64,000 bases of DNA from an uncultured Planctomycetia bacterium (lineage in GTDB: Bacteria; Planctomycetota; UBA8108; UBA1146). Each line of letters opens with the position of its first letter. Position 1 is the stretch's first letter. Of this stretch, positions 49,401 through 57,149 are shown one piece after another. The notes under the pieces were generated by a model that made no database searches, was not told the origin of the DNA, and saw only the letters and a list, made by a program, of their open reading frames with translations. Both the position numbers and the translations under genes were made by a program. The stretch lies in the NCBI GenBank assembly GCA_964605665.1, contig CAZSDP010000013.1:49331-113330 (forward strand). The letters are read 5' to 3'.

Positions 49401-49460
49401 ACTCGACAAGGAACCGAGAAGGGCAAAGAAGAGCACCCAAACACAAAATCGACACTTCAT
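46431..49460 (-). CDS. DUF1800 family protein with N-terminal dockerin and two inserted galactose-binding-like modules
   Basis: HLLARATFG, LRNVLAMFWDNHF, MLIYLD, PNENYAREILELFGLG, FDPAQHD, KVKTPFE, DPDGW. Dockerin FRRGDASNDGAVDVSD. Two FDDSxW..DMQGNY..YDDG..NG.EV modules. Confidence 0.88.
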   Translation of the reverse strand: MKCRFCVWVLFFALLGSLSSAGAVEPEFRRGDASNDGAVDVSDAVVVLGHLFLGWHVDCRDAADVDDSGSLTISDPINVLAYIFSGGAPPPPPGPIDCGPDPSLDPLECNFPPCGGPDPERLQAGHLLARATFGARPGDTDQLIATGFGPWIDQQILGIDESLNADLLTREAASLTTFERTRDREILVKESFFRYQKGTSPFPLDWQLPAFDDSTWEIAPAPFRLSFGRGGTLLLDMQGNYTSIACRASFFVPDPASLPAVALYCDYDDGFVAWVNGTEVGRSNLTATFPAHDEGTTSQHGPGIPEYFVIPSSLLVPGENILAIQGHNRNLTQGDFFLDPRVVVQEPTTFPSRSMMRDKESLQRFAFARSRYSENQLRNVLAMFWDNHFTTDLDKVQDVLQRSRDRYDERVIESRQARREAAEIEREEFQFFTDNAFGNFGDLLLYSATSPSMLIYLDSVLNLAAQPNENYAREILELFGLGVDNGYTQADVEEVSRCFTGWTVSKVPFESLQPFPANAINPQIDEPNVILETPIIEIGDVWNYWKGTAEPSPGLSGEPTTAWAEIGFDDSAWLQGPTGIGFGDGDDATVLTDMQGNYGSVYLRRSFTLSDIHFPEVLELHVAYDDGVVVYLNGREVARSGSMSATGTPPAFNEFSSGHEVTRDPLIVSLDRFREELLVGTNVLAIQVHNVNLTNGDLSCLPRLYRWSPGPGYLDVDDRQGHWIFRFDPAQHDTTEKIIFAGTPHQLTIPAGRLGADGVQDGLDVINQIVQHPSAAEFISVKLIGLLISDEIDLASAHDLSAPLPLRALLADAIAAWYSTSPPGNIETVVRTILAVDDVGSVFRSELSRRAKVKTPFEHMVSTMRALDADFDGRSLTDTLQSMGMSLFDRDDPDGWPERGDRWIGTTSLLERVNFVRTVADNVSARFSWDPIQILNAANAQSEFEIIDLFDDLLYQGTMNATERLLLQRFAQTLPDGTMGPFDPTAPDYQDRVQKLVGLMLSMPRWSFQ
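49119..49379 (-). repeat. Dockerin-type repeat 3 (4-Cys variant)
   Basis: FRRGDASNDGAVDVSD..LF..CRDAADVDDSGSLTISDPI..IFSGGAPPPPP..CGPDP..LEC..C. Confidence 0.8.
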
Positions 49461-49501
49461 GACCAAACCTGCCCAATTCAGGACTCTGATGATCTCGCCG
49501 G

Positions 49502-49565
49502 GTCACTCACGCTGTGAAGTCACCCAAGCTGAGAAGTCACCCCTTGCATAGCGCGCGAAAGTCAC
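49502..49565. repeat. Four GTCAC direct repeats upstream of the DUF1800-DUF1501 operon
   Basis: GTCAC at 49502, 49519, 49536 and 49561 (spacing 17, 17, 25). The two middle copies share GAAGTCACCC. Confidence 0.5.
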
Positions 49566-49756
49566 GATAGAACGGGAGACGAGACCTCCCGCCACGTTGG
49601 CTTCATCTTACCCGGAGAAATGAGGCTGACCGGGGGAAATCCCCACAATTCATCGCCCGAAAGAGCTGGCGTTTCCGGAAAATAAGGCAATTGAGATCAC
49701 CAGGAGAGTTCTCCGGCCCGGGTGAACGGCTCAGTCGCGATCAGTGGTTTTCACGT

Positions 49757-51124
49757 TCAGCTGACGATACGTAGGTCTTCCACAATCGCGCCGGGAAGTA
49801 GCGCCCCCCCCAACGATCGTCGTCCGTAGGAGCGTCCATCGGAAATTTGCTCTCGATCCGCGGTCAAACCGATCAAGCGCTCTCCCAGTAGATCGAGCAC
49901 CGAGTCGTCGAATCGAGCGACCTCGATTGGTTCCGCGATCTCTCCATCGCGCACTCGAAATGCAGCAAATCGAGTCAAGCCAGTGACGCTGGCGGTAGCC
50001 CGGTCGGAGAGATTTAGATAATGAAGATACTCGAGCCACAAACCGTCTCCCACTCGCTCAGCCAACTCTTCCTGCTGAAGGCTTCCCCCAGAAATTTCAA
50101 AGGACTGCGGCATCTCCAGAGCTTCAGATCCCGTCGTTGGCACGTTGAACTCCATGGAACTACGGCCTGAAACCAAGGTGCTGCACGCTTGACCTCCATC
50201 GAAGAGAGGAACTTGCGGAGGGCGGCGTAGTCCTTCCGAATTGAAGGGTGCAATCCAACCCAGCCGAGTACTCTCCTGCATGGAGAACTCTTGGGACAAA
50301 CTTTGGTCTTTGTGCAAAGAGACGAAGGGGCTCGTTCCGTTTCGCAAAGCAAGTTGAGAAAATGCTCCTCGGTACCCGAGAGTCTGCATGACCATCTTCC
50401 ACCCAACAGGAGCGATGTAGGCCCGATACCGACCTGGCTGAAGAGACGAGCGATTCTCCCGCAACTTCTTAGCGTGCTGCTCAGCTCGTTGAATCCGACG
50501 CTCAAATGATCCGCGATCCCATTCAGACCCGCCGAGATAGACTTTAGCCGCACGGTCTTCTCCGACGCAAAGCGACAGTTCGAGGTGATAGGTGTTTGTC
50601 TCATACCAACGCCTCAAACCGATCGAAGTCGCAACCGCTTCGACAACCCGCCCCGCCATGTAGTGCCCGACCCACTCGGCATGCGATGTCTTGGAGCGAT
50701 CCAAAACCTCAGACATCAATTCATGGCTCGGCGGCAGTCGATTCACCTCTCGATCTTCGGTCGACTCGACTGAATCGGGAAAGACGAGGTGCGGATCTTC
50801 TGGAACCTCTTCGAGAAGGGAGGAGAGTTCTCCCACCAGCTGTCTCAGTGGAAATCGGTCCTGAGCGATCGAACCGACAAGATCGACGGAGCCAGCGACC
50901 TGACGTTGCCCCTCGATCAACTGCACCCGCAAATTACGTTGTGTGATCTTCCCGCATTGACGAATCACTCCACCATTGAACCGAACGGAATCAGAATCTT
51001 CCGCCGTGAGCCGACAAGTAAAGGCCTGCTCCCTCTGGAGGAGGTCGGTGAGATAAGCCACCACATCGTGAAACCACGCCTGCACGGTGTCTTTAGCCCT
51101 TTCCGGTGCCGAAAACTTCGACAT
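49757..51124 (-). CDS. TldE/PmbA-like metallopeptidase partner subunit
   Basis: EDSDSVRFNGGVIRQCG, PGRYRAYIAP, WLEYLHYLNLSDR..TGLTR; no HExxxH; follows tldD with overlap. Start uncertain. Confidence 0.8.
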   Translation of the reverse strand: MSKFSAPERAKDTVQAWFHDVVAYLTDLLQREQAFTCRLTAEDSDSVRFNGGVIRQCGKITQRNLRVQLIEGQRQVAGSVDLVGSIAQDRFPLRQLVGELSSLLEEVPEDPHLVFPDSVESTEDREVNRLPPSHELMSEVLDRSKTSHAEWVGHYMAGRVVEAVATSIGLRRWYETNTYHLELSLCVGEDRAAKVYLGGSEWDRGSFERRIQRAEQHAKKLRENRSSLQPGRYRAYIAPVGWKMVMQTLGYRGAFSQLALRNGTSPFVSLHKDQSLSQEFSMQESTRLGWIAPFNSEGLRRPPQVPLFDGGQACSTLVSGRSSMEFNVPTTGSEALEMPQSFEISGGSLQQEELAERVGDGLWLEYLHYLNLSDRATASVTGLTRFAAFRVRDGEIAEPIEVARFDDSVLDLLGERLIGLTADREQISDGRSYGRRSLGGALLPGAIVEDLRIVS

Positions 51125-52577
51125 TCTTGAAGAAGCAATAAGGGCTGGAGTGTCCCACTTCGATCATCTGATTCGGCTCTCCCTTGCCGCAATTGGGGGT
51201 TCCAAGCACCGTGACCGTCGACCGGTCTCCAACTGCCGCCAGTGAGCGCCAAAAGTCACTGGACCGGCCTCGATATCCTGGGTTGCGCACCATGGTCGTT
51301 CGCTCGCCGTCTTCGATGAGCCAACCCACTTCGCATCCAAACTGGAAGTTACGACGTGAATCATCGATCGACCAAGATGAATTCACATCCATCAGGACGC
51401 CGTTCCCTGCTTTCTGAAGCAGGGTTTCGTAGGAGTCTTCCCCAGGTTCCAGATTGATGTTTGCCATTCGATCGATCGGTGGTCGATTCCAGCTGCAAGC
51501 GCGTGAGCACGAAACCCCCGCCACATCGAGTCTCTGCTGACTGACCGCTCCTCCGATGCCGCGCTTGAGGATCCCCCCTTCGATCAGATGCGTCCGCTCA
51601 GCTGGAGACCCTTCGTCATCGAAGGCGTAACTGGCAAACTCATTGGAGACCGTCGGATCAAAGGTGACATTGAGTAAATCAGATCCATAGCGCAGAGAAC
51701 CAAAATCTTCGCGACGCACGAAAGTCGTTCCTGCGAAGTTCCTCTCGTCACCGAGAATTCGATCGAGTTCCAATGGGTGCCCGATCGACTCATGGATCTG
51801 AAGGATCATCTGGGCTGGTCCAAGGACCAAGTTCTGAACCCCATCGGGACAGAGTGGAGCACTCAATAGCGCGATCGCCTCGTCTCTCAACTGAGCAGGA
51901 ACAGAATCAAATTCGAGTTCGTCGAGTGCTTCTAACCCACTCTGACGACAAGCCCCTCGCCCCCCCAGGGACCGCTGTTGCGTCTCGCCTCCGTCCGAAG
52001 CGACGGCGAGCATTCCGGGCGCGATCGTTTCAATCTGTTGAGAGACTTCGATATTGTCAGTTGTGACAAATCGAGTCTCCGTTCGGCTGTACTCCAGAGT
52101 GGCGCGCCGATCTCGTATCCTGGAATCTGCGGCGAGAATCTCATCCGCTTCTCGAAGTCGATCGATCTTTTCGCGAGTACTCCTCGACTGCCAAGAGTCC
52201 CTGACCGAGGTGCGATAGCTGCCTGAGGCCTGAGGACGCTGCAGTGTCGAAAAGTTCGCCACGCTGCGCCCCTGGCTCTGAATCGCCCAATGGTGAGCCT
52301 CCCGCGCTGCCTGATAGAGTCCCGCGAAAGTGAGATCGCTCGTCGCCGAATAACCGATCCCACCTTGATCGATGACGGTGACCATGACGCCTTGCGAGTG
52401 ATTGAGGCTCAACGGCTCTAGCGTGCCACGACGAATCGAAAGCCCTTCTCGTCTTCGCTCCACCCAACGAAGGGAGCAGAACTCGACCTTGGGAGCGATG
52501 CGCGCCAGAGTCTCCGTCAATTCTTCAGGGCTGGCGAGACGATCAGCAGGGCGGTTCCGCGGAACTTTCTCCGACAC
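51093..52577 (-). CDS. tldD: TldD family metalloprotease
   Basis: HESIGHPLELDRILG zinc motif, FDDEG, IDRMANINLEPG, SIDDSRRNFQFGCE, PNCGKGEPNQ..VGHSSP. Confidence 0.9.
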   Translation of the reverse strand: MSEKVPRNRPADRLASPEELTETLARIAPKVEFCSLRWVERRREGLSIRRGTLEPLSLNHSQGVMVTVIDQGGIGYSATSDLTFAGLYQAAREAHHWAIQSQGRSVANFSTLQRPQASGSYRTSVRDSWQSRSTREKIDRLREADEILAADSRIRDRRATLEYSRTETRFVTTDNIEVSQQIETIAPGMLAVASDGGETQQRSLGGRGACRQSGLEALDELEFDSVPAQLRDEAIALLSAPLCPDGVQNLVLGPAQMILQIHESIGHPLELDRILGDERNFAGTTFVRREDFGSLRYGSDLLNVTFDPTVSNEFASYAFDDEGSPAERTHLIEGGILKRGIGGAVSQQRLDVAGVSCSRACSWNRPPIDRMANINLEPGEDSYETLLQKAGNGVLMDVNSSWSIDDSRRNFQFGCEVGWLIEDGERTTMVRNPGYRGRSSDFWRSLAAVGDRSTVTVLGTPNCGKGEPNQMIEVGHSSPYCFFKNVEVFGTGKG

Positions 52578-52743
52578 GAGGAATGGCTCCTTCCAAATGC
52601 GAAAAGTCGAGAATGAAACTGCGACAGGACCGACCGGCGGTGAGAGCGCAGATCAGGCGGGAAAGAGAACAACCGATCCCCAGCAACATCAGGTCTTCAG
52701 ATCATGCCTGAAGGCTGACGACGCGTCGATCCCTAGCCCACGA

Positions 52744-53916
52744 TCACTCCTCTCGCCACTCCTTCGGGAGCTCTCCTTCACCACCGCGCATCACTGCGAC
52801 AGGCTCCGCTCCATCCCAAACCACGAGATCCGCACGACAACCGCGGCCAAGTCGACCGGCTCTTGGTAATCCCAGATCAAGTGCGGGAGCGGTTGAACCG
52901 AGAGCAACTAGCTGCTGAGGCTCTAGGTCGAGTGCTTCAGAAGTCCGTCTCAAAGCCTCTGGCAAGAAGGTCACACTCCCAGCGAGAGTTCCATCGCCGA
53001 GCGTAGCGCGGACACCGTCGCTCTGAACTTCTTGCCCACAAAATGTCCCAGCAGCAGTCCCGAGCCCTGCCAGCGGCATCGCGTCGCTCACTGCCAGTAA
53101 TCCACTCGGCCCCTTGAGGCGCAATGCGAGCTCTATGATCTGGTCATCCACGTGTAAGCCGTCGCAGATCATCTCAACTCGCACCCTCGGATCGAGGAGC
53201 AACTCCAGCACCGGGCCGGGTGCTCGGTGGTGAATCGGCGGCATGGCATTACATAGGTGGGTCGCTCGCCAAGCACCCGCCGCAATCGCACCTCGAGCAA
53301 TTTGGGCATCACAGGACGTGTGGCCGATGGAAAGTATGATGCCTTGGGAGCGAATCCGGGAAATCATCGATGGTGAGATCGACTCCGGAGCAAACGTCAT
53401 CATCCGAAGTTTGCCACCGGCGGCAGTCAGTAAACGTTCGAAGCAAGATTCATCGAAGGCGAAGATCCCCGACTCAGGAAGCGCCCCCTTGCGATCTGCA
53501 GCGAGAAAGGGCCCTTCCAAGTGTATCCCAGCAAACAACGGAGACATTGTGCAAGCTCTCGCGGCATTCGCGAGTCGATCGATCAGCTCCCCTTCAGGTC
53601 CAGGGTGCAGAGTGATCAATAGACTTGTGACCCCACTCTCGAGAAATTTCGGGGCCACGGAGGCGATCGTCTCAGCATCGTCACGGTAAAAGTCGACACC
53701 CCAGCCCCCATGAACATGCAGATCGATCAGTCCCGGGGTGACGCGAAGGCCGGATAAGTCGTGAATCTCCGATCCCTGACCCTTTCCAGCTGGGGCAAAG
53801 GAATCGACCATCGGTCCCCGGATCACGATGTCGGTGTGAACCACACGATCGGGGAGGACCGCTTCCGCATTACGAAGTACTCGTGGTATGGCATCGTCGA
53901 CGCGATGATCACTCAC
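52744..53916 (-). CDS. nagA: N-acetylglucosamine-6-phosphate deacetylase
   Basis: PGLIDLHVHG, IHLEGPF, MTFAPE, GHT, THLCNAM..HHRAPG, DGLHV, VSDAM, LAGS; GTG at 53916 with GGAG RBS. Confidence 0.9.
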   Translation of the reverse strand: MSDHRVDDAIPRVLRNAEAVLPDRVVHTDIVIRGPMVDSFAPAGKGQGSEIHDLSGLRVTPGLIDLHVHGGWGVDFYRDDAETIASVAPKFLESGVTSLLITLHPGPEGELIDRLANAARACTMSPLFAGIHLEGPFLAADRKGALPESGIFAFDESCFERLLTAAGGKLRMMTFAPESISPSMISRIRSQGIILSIGHTSCDAQIARGAIAAGAWRATHLCNAMPPIHHRAPGPVLELLLDPRVRVEMICDGLHVDDQIIELALRLKGPSGLLAVSDAMPLAGLGTAAGTFCGQEVQSDGVRATLGDGTLAGSVTFLPEALRRTSEALDLEPQQLVALGSTAPALDLGLPRAGRLGRGCRADLVVWDGAEPVAVMRGGEGELPKEWREE

Positions 53917-54895
53917 CCCGAATCTCCTTACCATCACTGGAAACCGACTGTGCTGCGAGGCAAAGAGCGCCGATCATTCCTGCAGAGTTCTTTCTCTCCG
54001 CAGATGTGACAGTCAATCGCTCACGAGCTTTCGGCAAGAGACTCTCTTCAAGGGTCTCGATCACGATCTTTCTATGTTGGGGACGGGCATCGAGAATCCC
54101 TCCTCCCAAAATGAGAATCTCGGGATTGATCAGATGAATCACCGACACCAGACCTCGACCGAGGGCTCGGGCACCTTCATCCAAGATCTCCTCCGCCAAC
54201 GCGTTCCCAGAAGTGGCCGCGGTCAATAGATCGGGTAATTCAGGATCAGCATCCCCCTCACCGGAAAGGACCTCTCCTCGCGCATCCGCTTGGCGCAACC
54301 ACTCATCCGTCATCGACCGCCCACCGGCATACGCCTCGATACAACCCGTCAATCCACAGTGACAAGCGCGCCCACCCGCTACCAACAGTGAGTGGCCCAA
54401 CTCCATGGCGCCGCCATTTGCGCCACGCAAAAGTTGCCCCTCAATCACGGCTCCGCCCCCCACGCCGGTTCCGATCGTCGCCATCACCAAACTGTGGCAA
54501 CCACTGCCAGCCCCTCGACAGTACTCTCCCCAGGCAGCTGCGTTGGCATCATTCTCAATGACTGCGGGAAGCCCGAAGCTCTCCCGGAAGAAGGCGGGAA
54601 GATCGGTCCCGTGCCAGCCACCAAGATTGGCGACCGGATAGCGAATCTTGCCGGAGGCGTGATCGACGACCCCCGGGGTGCCGAGACCGAGCGCCATGAC
54701 CTTGCCGCCGCGGTTCTCTGCTTCAGCGATCGCGGTTCTCGTCGCCGCTTCCAGCGCTTCGAGAATCGCAGTCCCCCCCTCCCGACCTCGGCTCTTACTC
54801 CTACCGTGCCATAGGAGTTCTCCGCTCGCGCGTCCGACGCCGATTTTCACCTCGGTACCTCCGAGGTCGAGTCCTATGAAGAGCGCTTCCGTCAC
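53909..54895 (-). CDS. ROK family sugar kinase (glucokinase/GlcNAc kinase)
   Basis: GLDLGGT, ENDANAAAWGE, TIGTGVGGG, ELGH, CHCGLTGCIEAY zinc motif, ILGGG. Start GTG 54895 (alternative ATG 54943). Confidence 0.9.
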   Translation of the reverse strand: MTEALFIGLDLGGTEVKIGVGRASGELLWHGRSKSRGREGGTAILEALEAATRTAIAEAENRGGKVMALGLGTPGVVDHASGKIRYPVANLGGWHGTDLPAFFRESFGLPAVIENDANAAAWGEYCRGAGSGCHSLVMATIGTGVGGGAVIEGQLLRGANGGAMELGHSLLVAGGRACHCGLTGCIEAYAGGRSMTDEWLRQADARGEVLSGEGDADPELPDLLTAATSGNALAEEILDEGARALGRGLVSVIHLINPEILILGGGILDARPQHRKIVIETLEESLLPKARERLTVTSAERKNSAGMIGALCLAAQSVSSDGKEIRGE

Positions 54896-55000
54896 CGCGG
54901 CTCCTGTCCTACGATTTGCAGTTGTCGAAAGGGGCCTTGGCATTCAGTTCTCATCGGAGACCGAATCACCAAGCTCTCCAGCAACCCCAGGATAACCGGA

Positions 55001-55885
55001 GTGGTCCGCGTGCTTTCATTGATCTTGACAGCTCTACCGATTTTGATCGCTTGGCTACTCTCCGCTAACTGGGGCCCAGGAACACACATTCGCCTGGCAG
55101 AAAGACTCATCGAAGAGGACAGTGATCAGATTCCGAGCGATCTCAGGTCACTGATCAAGACCCACCAAGATCACTTTCTCTATGGCAACATCGCCGCTGA
55201 CATCATTCACTACAAGAACTATGGCGGTCTCAAGAACCACTGCCACAATTGGAATATCCGAGAACGCTTACTCAGTCATGCACACACTGATGCTGAGCAT
55301 GCTTTCATTCTCGGTTACCTCTGTCATCTCGCCGCCGACGTCATCGCTCACCACCACTTCGTTCCCTTCCATATCGTATATGGACTTCCACCGCGTCTAC
55401 TTGGACATGTGTACTGGGAGGCTCGATTGGATGGAAGAGTCGCTGAGCATCATTGGGATAGAATCGATCTGCTTCGGGTCAATAAGAGCATTCAACAGAA
55501 TGACGAGTTGATTCTCAAAGCGGTGCCAAAACGCGCATTCAGCCACGTCACGAACAAGTTGATTTTCAACCACGTCCTTCTCGCTCGATCACGTCGCTCT
55601 TGGCGAGCCATCATCGACCAAATGGGCTCTCGAGAACCTCGTGGGGTGCTACAAGACAAGTTTATCCAGGACTGCGACGACGCCTGCCGGAAGTCTTTGA
55701 TCGCCACATTTCAGGAGGATTCTCTCCAAGCCTTGAGAGAGCTGGACCCCAATGGCCACCTCCAACTCTCTGATTGTCGACTCTTGCGACAAGAATTGAT
55801 CGAAGACTACGGAAGCCGAACTGCTGCGGTGGAGGCCTCTCGACAAGCTGCATCGCTCAAGTTTGGCCTAAATGACACGGTATAG
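55001..55885 (+). CDS. Zinc-dependent phospholipase C family protein
   Basis: Signal followed by W-G-P-G-T-H (N-terminal Trp/His Zn ligands), GNIAADI, HCHNW, GYLCHLAADVIAHHHFVP, HVYWE. Confidence 0.85.
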   Translation: MVRVLSLILTALPILIAWLLSANWGPGTHIRLAERLIEEDSDQIPSDLRSLIKTHQDHFLYGNIAADIIHYKNYGGLKNHCHNWNIRERLLSHAHTDAEHAFILGYLCHLAADVIAHHHFVPFHIVYGLPPRLLGHVYWEARLDGRVAEHHWDRIDLLRVNKSIQQNDELILKAVPKRAFSHVTNKLIFNHVLLARSRRSWRAIIDQMGSREPRGVLQDKFIQDCDDACRKSLIATFQEDSLQALRELDPNGHLQLSDCRLLRQELIEDYGSRTAAVEASRQAASLKFGLNDTV

Positions 55886-56048
55886 AGCAACCCTAACCGC
55901 GGTCCTCCGCTCCCAAAATCGCCTCCCGGTAGTCTAAATCTCAGTCAAGTTCGACCCCCTCGAGTCCGATCACGATGTGGTGGATCTCTACATCCACACG
56001 TCGAGACAGATCTAGACCTCTGAGAGTTCGACCGGAAAGGAGCGGAGA
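55886..56048 (+). promoter_or_regulatory. Candidate structured 5' leader with anti-Shine-Dalgarno for the K+ channel gene
   Basis: CTCCGCTCC (55905-55913) is exactly complementary to GGAGCGGAG (56039-56047), which covers the SD before GTG 56049. Direct repeat AGTTCGACC at 55948 and 56025. Confidence 0.3.
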
Positions 56049-57092
56049 GTGGAATCTCGAAATGCTCTCCACGCCCTGGACGGCGGAAGCCGAGCTCGGC
56101 AACGAGCGCGATTCATGCGCGCTCTGCTGGCAATTCTCTCGGTCATTCTCTTCGGAACATTCGGTCTCTGCGCCATCGAAGGATGGAGTGGATGGCAGTC
56201 TCTCTACTTCACCTTGATCACCATCACGACTGTTGGCTACGGCGACATGGGATTGTCGGAGGTGGGCCAGAAATTCACGACCATCATTTTGGTGCTCGGA
56301 ATTGCCACCACCACCTACGCCTTCGGACAATTGGTACAGGCGGCCATCGCCTACCAGCTCGATTGGAGATTTCGCATGCAAAAGCGAATCGACAAGTTAT
56401 CTGACCACTCCATCGTTTGTGGAGCGGGGAGATGCGGCCGCGCCGCCTGTGAAAAGCTGAGACAGGAAGGGCGCCAGCTCGTCTTGATCGACCTCGACGC
56501 TGCGCACTTGGACTGGTGTCGTGAATTGGAAATCCCATTCATTCGCGGGTGCGCCACAGAGGATGAGACGCTGCGTAGTGCGGGAATCGAACGCGCCCAT
56601 GGCATTATCTGCGCGACCGATTCCGACGCAGAGAACATCATGATTTGCCTCACCTCTCGCGAGCTGAATCGAAATGTTGTCGTGGTGAGTCGTGCAAACC
56701 AGCGAGAGTCGATCGGAAAATTGGAACGGGCTGGGGCATCGCACGTCATCGCTCCCGCGGTGGACAGCGGAAGGGAACTTGCGAGTACTCTCGTCCGTCC
56801 CCATGTCAGTCGATTCCTCAGAGAGTCTTACGCCGCCGAGAGCCGCTTTAGAATGACGGCAGTCCCCATCGAGGAGAACTCCGCTGCGATCGGTATCACA
56901 ACGCGAAAATTGGGAGACGAGGAACCGAACGTCGTCTTCGTCGCGATCCAGAAACCGGGTCGAGAGATGGAGATTCGTCCGATGGCTGACGATCCTCTCG
57001 ATGCCGGAGATCTTCTGATCGTCCTCGGAGACCCCGAAGCGGTTACTCGACTTGCTGAATGGACCTCTCACCCAAATACAATCGAGGCTTGA
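56049..57092 (+). CDS. Potassium channel protein (2TM pore + RCK/TrkA_N + TrkA_C)
   Basis: Selectivity filter TTVGYGD, Rossmann VCGAGRCG, DAENIMI, KLERAGASHV, DLLIVLG. Confidence 0.93.
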   Translation: MESRNALHALDGGSRARQRARFMRALLAILSVILFGTFGLCAIEGWSGWQSLYFTLITITTVGYGDMGLSEVGQKFTTIILVLGIATTTYAFGQLVQAAIAYQLDWRFRMQKRIDKLSDHSIVCGAGRCGRAACEKLRQEGRQLVLIDLDAAHLDWCRELEIPFIRGCATEDETLRSAGIERAHGIICATDSDAENIMICLTSRELNRNVVVVSRANQRESIGKLERAGASHVIAPAVDSGRELASTLVRPHVSRFLRESYAAESRFRMTAVPIEENSAAIGITTRKLGDEEPNVVFVAIQKPGREMEIRPMADDPLDAGDLLIVLGDPEAVTRLAEWTSHPNTIEA

Positions 57093-57149
57093 TCGCCGAA
57101 ACGACCAAGCCTCGATAGTGAGTCAGTTCAGTTATTGCAGTCCGAGCTC

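Noticed and set aside
56397-57071. 224-aa minus-strand ORF
   Set aside because: Antisense shadow of the K+ channel.
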